A DNA stretch of 37,409 nt, taken from NCBI GenBank assembly GCA_964591055.1, contig CAZPZJ010000007.1, positions 1 to 37,409 of the forward strand, written 5' to 3'. This DNA is from an uncultured Leptospiraceae bacterium. Lineage in GTDB: Bacteria > Spirochaetota > UBA4802 > JAGODF01. This document shows positions 33,096 to 37,409 of this stretch, piece after piece; position 1 is the first letter of the stretch; each line of letters begins with the position of its first letter. The notes beneath the pieces were generated by a model. That model was not told the DNA's origin, made no database searches, and saw only the letters and a list, made by a program, of their open reading frames with translations. A program made the position numbers and the translations under genes.

Positions 33096-34382
33096 ATGAT
33101 ACGATCAACGGCACATAGCATAGTATTTATTTTCATAATATTTACATTCAATTGTCAAACATCCCACGAAGTAAGAGTTGACACAGTATCAACAAAAGAA
33201 AACACCCGTAAGAGTGGATGCATTTCGGGTAATTGCCTGAATGGATATGGAGTATATGTATCAGATAACGGGGGCCGTTATGAAGGACAATGGAACAACG
33301 GTCTTTTCGATGGGAAAGGGATCCTATTTTTCCCTGATGTAACAGGCACCTATAAAGGTGAATTCAAGAAAGGCTCACGTGAAGGCAATGGTATTAATAC
33401 ATTTCAAAATGGTGACCACTATGAGGGCAGTTTTTTCGCCAATATGCCAAACGGGAAAGGTGTCTTTATTTATGCCGATGGGACAATAGAGCGCGGAGTT
33501 TTTTCAAATGGGCTTTTTTGCGGTACAATAATGTTACCTGTTCTTCATGAAAATGTAAAGAAGAAGATTGGTATAATCAGATCAATTAATCCAGTATCCA
33601 AAGAGATTTTAGTACAGGTATATCAAACCGAGGGGGAAAAGATCCTCGCCATGGGGCAAAAAGTGTTTTTAGAATTACACAATGTTATGGCACCAATGGA
33701 AGTAACTTTTCCAATGATGGCATCAGCGAAGTGTAAAATGATTGGCCAAACATCTCCCTGGATTACTGATGTACGACCGAATATGCCCGTATATGAGATG
33801 ATAAAGGGAATGAAGCGAGGAGACGGAACTTTTTTATTTCCTAACGGGAATTCATATGCAGGCGAGCATAGAGGGAATCTTATGCATGGGAGTGGAATAT
33901 TCCGCTGGTCTAATGGAACTGTTTACACAGGGGAATATGCAAATGGAATGCGAAACGGAAAGGGGAAATTGTCATATTACCATGGTGACGTTTTTGAAGG
34001 AAACTGGAAGAATGGGATGATGCATGGAAAAGGAGAGTTGAAATTCAATAATGGCGACAGGTATGTAGGCAACTTTTTTCATGGCAGGCGGACAGGGAAA
34101 GGGAAATTCTACCATTTTAACGGCGGTACTTATGAGGGTGATTTTAAAAACGAAAACTTTGAGGGGAAAGGAATTCAGTGTTTTCCAGATGGCAACCGCT
34201 ATGATGGAGAGTTTATTAATAATAAATTTAACGGCAAAGGCACATACTATTTTAATGATCAGGCAACTTATTTTGCGGGAGAGTTTTCTCATGGCAAGCC
34301 GAATGGTGTTGGAAAAATATTCAAGAATGGAATAATAATTAAAGAAGGCCGTTGGGTATATGGAAACTATGTCGGTGAATAA
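33096..34382 (+). CDS. MORN-repeat secreted protein with a central non-MORN insert
   Basis: An N-terminal hydrophobic signal is followed by a CISGNCLNGYG motif. At least 12 MORN units are present (YEGQWNNGLFDGKG, YKGEFKKGSREGNG, YEGSFFANMPNGKG, YTGEYANGMRNGKG, FEGNWKNGMMHGKG, YVGNFFHGRRTGKG, YEGDFKNENFEGKG, YDGEFINNKFNGKG ...). They are split by an insert of about 80 aa (33567..33800). Confidence 0.9.
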   Translation: MIRSTAHSIVFIFIIFTFNCQTSHEVRVDTVSTKENTRKSGCISGNCLNGYGVYVSDNGGRYEGQWNNGLFDGKGILFFPDVTGTYKGEFKKGSREGNGINTFQNGDHYEGSFFANMPNGKGVFIYADGTIERGVFSNGLFCGTIMLPVLHENVKKKIGIIRSINPVSKEILVQVYQTEGEKILAMGQKVFLELHNVMAPMEVTFPMMASAKCKMIGQTSPWITDVRPNMPVYEMIKGMKRGDGTFLFPNGNSYAGEHRGNLMHGSGIFRWSNGTVYTGEYANGMRNGKGKLSYYHGDVFEGNWKNGMMHGKGELKFNNGDRYVGNFFHGRRTGKGKFYHFNGGTYEGDFKNENFEGKGIQCFPDGNRYDGEFINNKFNGKGTYYFNDQATYFAGEFSHGKPNGVGKIFKNGIIIKEGRWVYGNYVGE

Positions 34383-34548
34383 TAAATCGCAATAACAGGC
34401 AATTTAACCAGTAAACACTGACAATCATGTCGTCTCGGGACATAAAGCATTGACAAATGCTTTCCGTAATAGTTCATTTTACACTATATTTGTCTATTTA
34501 TCGTTAACTTACCTTCAAGATATATATAATCGCACAATATTATGGAAG

Positions 34549-34890
34549 CTAATTGGCGTTAAAAGGCGTAAACCACATCGGCTGCGGATGATTCTCCGGC
34601 TTTATCGGCTTTTCAAGCCTTTGAGGATTTGCCAGGCGCCATTCATATGAGCCGGGATATCCTTTTTCCTCATTGCATCCGATTATCTCAACCGTACCGA
34701 TGACGACTCCCGATGGCAGATCTCCCGGCTTCAGGCCGATATCTTCAAACTCCTCGATGTCCGCCGGTGTAAGGCTTGCGTAAATGTAAACTCGCGCACG
34801 CACCTTCGTGGGCTTGCTCCGGTACTCGATCTTCTTACCTCCGCGCATAATAAGCTCGGCCCATGGTTGTCGGACAGAGAGCGCTTTCAT
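34549..34890 (-). CDS. ASCH-domain protein
   Basis: MKALSVRQPWAELIMRGGKKIEYRSKPTKVRARVYIYAS is the typical ASCH N-terminal signature. I placed the start at ATG 34890 (GAGGT 8 nt upstream) rather than the track start at 34959. Confidence 0.75.
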   Translation of the reverse strand: MKALSVRQPWAELIMRGGKKIEYRSKPTKVRARVYIYASLTPADIEEFEDIGLKPGDLPSGVVIGTVEIIGCNEEKGYPGSYEWRLANPQRLEKPIKPENHPQPMWFTPFNAN

Positions 34891-35677
34891 TATGTTGACC
34901 TCAACATATATTTCAGGCATTCCCCAACCCGGGTTGATGAAAACACCTTCTCCACTCACGGCGGATAAAGCAACGGAAACACCTTACTCCCAAGGAGAAT
35001 ACCACATCGACATGACATCATAATTATCCCGCCCGTAAGGATTATTATTGTCTTTCAAGCTCGCCAATAGCCAGGAACACAACTCGATTGTATTGAGTAT
35101 TCTGATTACAATCACAGTTCGTCAGGAAACGACTTGTTTATATAAAGAACCGCACGAGATGCGGCTAACCCACTATTATAAAGATTGGTGGTCACAGACT
35201 ACATGTTTGTCAAGAAAATAATGCTTACACTACAGGTATATGCCATACCTTCGTATGATGTAATTTGGAAAGAATATCATAGGCTCATTTATTGAAAATC
35301 CTGTACACACGGTGCGGTTAAATGTTTGACACCATAAAGATTCATACACTGTACCGGGTTTGACAATTGATACGTAGACAACAAAAAATTGCCAGCTCAG
35401 CGGAAAATCGCCATTCTTGCATGCCAATTTCAGGTTAAACCCGCTTTGCAAGGAATAAATAATTAGCTCAGCGATAATGTTTTAATACAGGCCCGAGCGC
35501 ATTACTGTATCACTATTATATCGTGTAAATCCAGTCAGCTCCCGAGAGGCATACCCGGAGAGCATTTCATGTAAATCTTAAAACGTTTCGAGCCCCCCGG
35601 GTGCGTCGGATTATGCTTGCATGAACATAAACTAAACCATCTGGAAAAATGGAAGAATCATCTTCAGGAGGCTGTTT

Positions 35678-37075
35678 ATGAAAACTCGCAAGGCGAGAGG
35701 CTATTGGAAATGTTTTGAACACGTAGTCGACGCTCTGATGCCATTTGTCCGAGAACACGGACATCTGCCATCGCAAATTGAGATGGCAGAGCTTCACCTC
35801 TCTTCACTATGGGACGCCATGAGAAAATACCACGGCGGATACCGTGAGGTCGCAAGGTGTCTCATGATTCAAACTGCGCAGGAACATGCGGCAAACCTGC
35901 TCAAAGACTGGGACGCATTTTCCGCCGAGATCATGCCGATGGTAAGGGAGCGGGGATATTTCCCTACGCATGTGGAACTCATTAACGAGAAACGCGGCGA
36001 CATCATTTCCGCGCTACGAATATTTCACGGCGGAACGGTAAATGCAGCCCAAAGGCTGGGAATTCGAACATTCAACGACTACTACGAATTAAAAAGCTCC
36101 GGATATTGGAACCGGGAAAAGACAATAGACGCATATATTGACGTAATTGAGAAACACGGTTTCACACATTGGCCTTCTCCAAGCGAGCTCAAAGGCCTCG
36201 GATACGATGCGCTTCGAGCCGCTGTCGGACCACATGCCGGAAGCTTTCGGGAACTTCGTGAAATGTGTCGGGAGAGGGGCATTGATCTTTCGCCAAAGCC
36301 GAGAAAACTTGAGCACCTTCTCCCGTTTGAAACGCAGTATCCAATTGCCGATTACATCTTTCATGATTCAGAACTGAAATTTTACTTTATCGGGCTTATC
36401 GCAGCTGATGGTCATGTCATTCATACGAAGAGTGAGTGGAGTGTTGAAATTTGCCTGAATAAATACGACATTGGACTTATCGAAAAACTGCGTGACCTGA
36501 TCTCACCATCACGTCCCATTCACATCAAACCACATAAATCGAATCCGGCAAGCGATGCGGTGCGATTAAAGCTGTCGAGCCGCAAGCTTGTCGAGATGAT
36601 CGCCGGTTACATCGAGATCGAGGACAAAACCCATTCACTTTCCTGGCCGGGGAATATTCCGGATGATTATCTTCGTCATTTCATCCGAGGCTACTTCGAT
36701 GGTGATGGAACGATTGACCTGACGACCAATCAGCAAATTGTTGCCGGTGAGAAACGTTATTATCATGTGATGCGTCTCCGTTTCCTGGGAACTCGTCCAT
36801 TTCTCGAAGGACTCACTCAAGCAATTCATCGTCTGACCGACATCGAACCGGTGAAGGTTTCCTCAAAGGGATTGGAGAACGTCTCAGTGATTTACTATAC
36901 CGGCAAATCGGCAGTGAAAATTCTCGCCTATTTGTACGATGGCGCCACGCTGTATCTCGATCGGAAAAGAGCAGTGTATGCAAAGATTCGGGACACATCG
37001 AAAGAGAAGCTTGGAAAGATTTATAATTCACCGGAAGGCAGGCTCAATCACCGCGCGAAGCATGGTAAGCTCTGA
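35678..37075 (+). CDS. Free-standing double-motif LAGLIDADG homing endonuclease with three N-terminal homing-endonuclease-associated repeats
   Basis: AGGAGG lies 7 nt upstream. The two LAGLIDADG motifs are FYFIGLIAADGHV and FIRGYFDGDGTI. The N-terminus has three repeats of about 60 aa, each ending in a conserved pattern (MRKYHGGYREVARCL, LRIFHGGTVNAAQRLG, AVGPHAGSFRELREMC). Confidence 0.85.
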   Translation: MKTRKARGYWKCFEHVVDALMPFVREHGHLPSQIEMAELHLSSLWDAMRKYHGGYREVARCLMIQTAQEHAANLLKDWDAFSAEIMPMVRERGYFPTHVELINEKRGDIISALRIFHGGTVNAAQRLGIRTFNDYYELKSSGYWNREKTIDAYIDVIEKHGFTHWPSPSELKGLGYDALRAAVGPHAGSFRELREMCRERGIDLSPKPRKLEHLLPFETQYPIADYIFHDSELKFYFIGLIAADGHVIHTKSEWSVEICLNKYDIGLIEKLRDLISPSRPIHIKPHKSNPASDAVRLKLSSRKLVEMIAGYIEIEDKTHSLSWPGNIPDDYLRHFIRGYFDGDGTIDLTTNQQIVAGEKRYYHVMRLRFLGTRPFLEGLTQAIHRLTDIEPVKVSSKGLENVSVIYYTGKSAVKILAYLYDGATLYLDRKRAVYAKIRDTSKEKLGKIYNSPEGRLNHRAKHGKL

Positions 37076-37129
37076 TATTGTTGTCATGCCTAATATAACG
37101 CACCCATGCCGTGGGCATGAAAACCATGA

Positions 37130-37294
37130 TTAGACCTTGATGATCTCATCCCTGGCAAGTTTCGTGCCGATCTGGTCAAGGAAGAACTTATTGGTCTCGC
37201 CGAAGTCGAAATCACCGAACAAATCATTGTTGGTGCTGATAAGCTTCGAAAGGCGGAAATCCTCAATGAACATGAGTGCCGGTTGCTCTTTCAT
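37130..37294 (-). CDS. Small hypothetical ORF (54 aa), below the track cutoff
   Basis: Hand translation gives MKEQPALMFIEDFRLSKLISTNNDLFGDFDFGETNKFFLDQIGTKLARDEIIKV. It is convergent with the endonuclease gene. It has no obvious RBS and I recognise no family. Confidence 0.25.
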   Translation of the reverse strand: MKEQPALMFIEDFRLSKLISTNNDLFGDFDFGETNKFFLDQIGTKLARDEIIKV

Positions 37295-37409
37295 TAATCA
37301 TGGTATACATACATGCATAGTCTGCTTCCGCAGCATGACGAGGTCGTCGTCCAACCCGTGGCGGAGAAGATCGAGTCTGGATGACGCAGCCACGAGGCTT
37401 TCGGCGTGG

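Larger units (their letters stand above)
32300..37409. other. Compositionally distinct low-GC segment (possible genomic island)
   Basis: An abrupt drop in GC (about 80% in the last codons of the vWA gene to about 40% or less) occurs within roughly 30 nt of 32300. All five downstream genes use AT-rich codons, and the intergenic spacers are very AT-rich. Confidence 0.5.

Noticed and set aside
34960-35677. Group I intron or other structured RNA upstream of the LAGLIDADG gene
   Set aside because: I could not identify P3-P9 core pairings, a tRNA/rRNA host exon, or any known RNA motif by eye. Only short generic hairpins are present. It is left as something to test rather than a feature.
1-37409. 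CRISPR arrays, tRNA/rRNA genes, IS elements, integrases, toxin-antitoxin pairs
   Set aside because: I scanned both strands for regularly spaced direct repeats, cloverleaf-like segments, rRNA signatures and transposase/integrase motifs (DDE, tyrosine-recombinase RHRY contexts). None was found.

Overview
This is a 37.4-kb bacterial segment. By eye I found no rRNA, tRNA, CRISPR array, transposase or integrase. Bases 1 to about 32300 are GC-rich (roughly 60-65% by eye), so the ORF track there is full of long Arg/Gly/Pro-rich antisense shadow ORFs. From about 32300 to the end the DNA is much more AT-rich (about 40%). I support about 31 protein genes.

- **1..10722:** a dense phospho-signalling and proteolysis neighbourhood. 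It holds a PP2C phosphatase, an FHA-TM-trypsin-like protease, a divergent FHA-PrsW intramembrane protease, two zinc-ribbon Hanks kinases (one with a WG-repeat/PPC ectodomain), a zinc-ribbon membrane protein and a second PrsW with two zinc ribbons.
- **11074..14794:** membrane proteins, an ankyrin lipoprotein, and a compositionally mosaic lipoprotein gene followed by an orphan diverged copy of its own 3' end.
- **15043..19929:** an AAA+ ATPase, a lipoprotein, an ECF-like sigma factor, membrane proteins and a DUF805 protein.
- **20263..24172 (most unusual locus):** a FliM-like gene is translationally coupled to a 1000-aa fusion of a CheC-like(?) region, three SpoA/FliN-type domains and a full-length FliG. 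No other flagellar gene lies in the window.
- **24834..32292:** an FGE-sulfatase lipoprotein, a GrpE-like protein, a MoxR-type AAA+ ATPase and a 1203-aa HExxH + vWA protein.
- **32300..37409 (low-GC tail):** ankyrin, MORN and ASCH proteins and a free-standing LAGLIDADG homing endonuclease.

All family calls come from motif recognition by eye, not database searches. The taxon is unknown.
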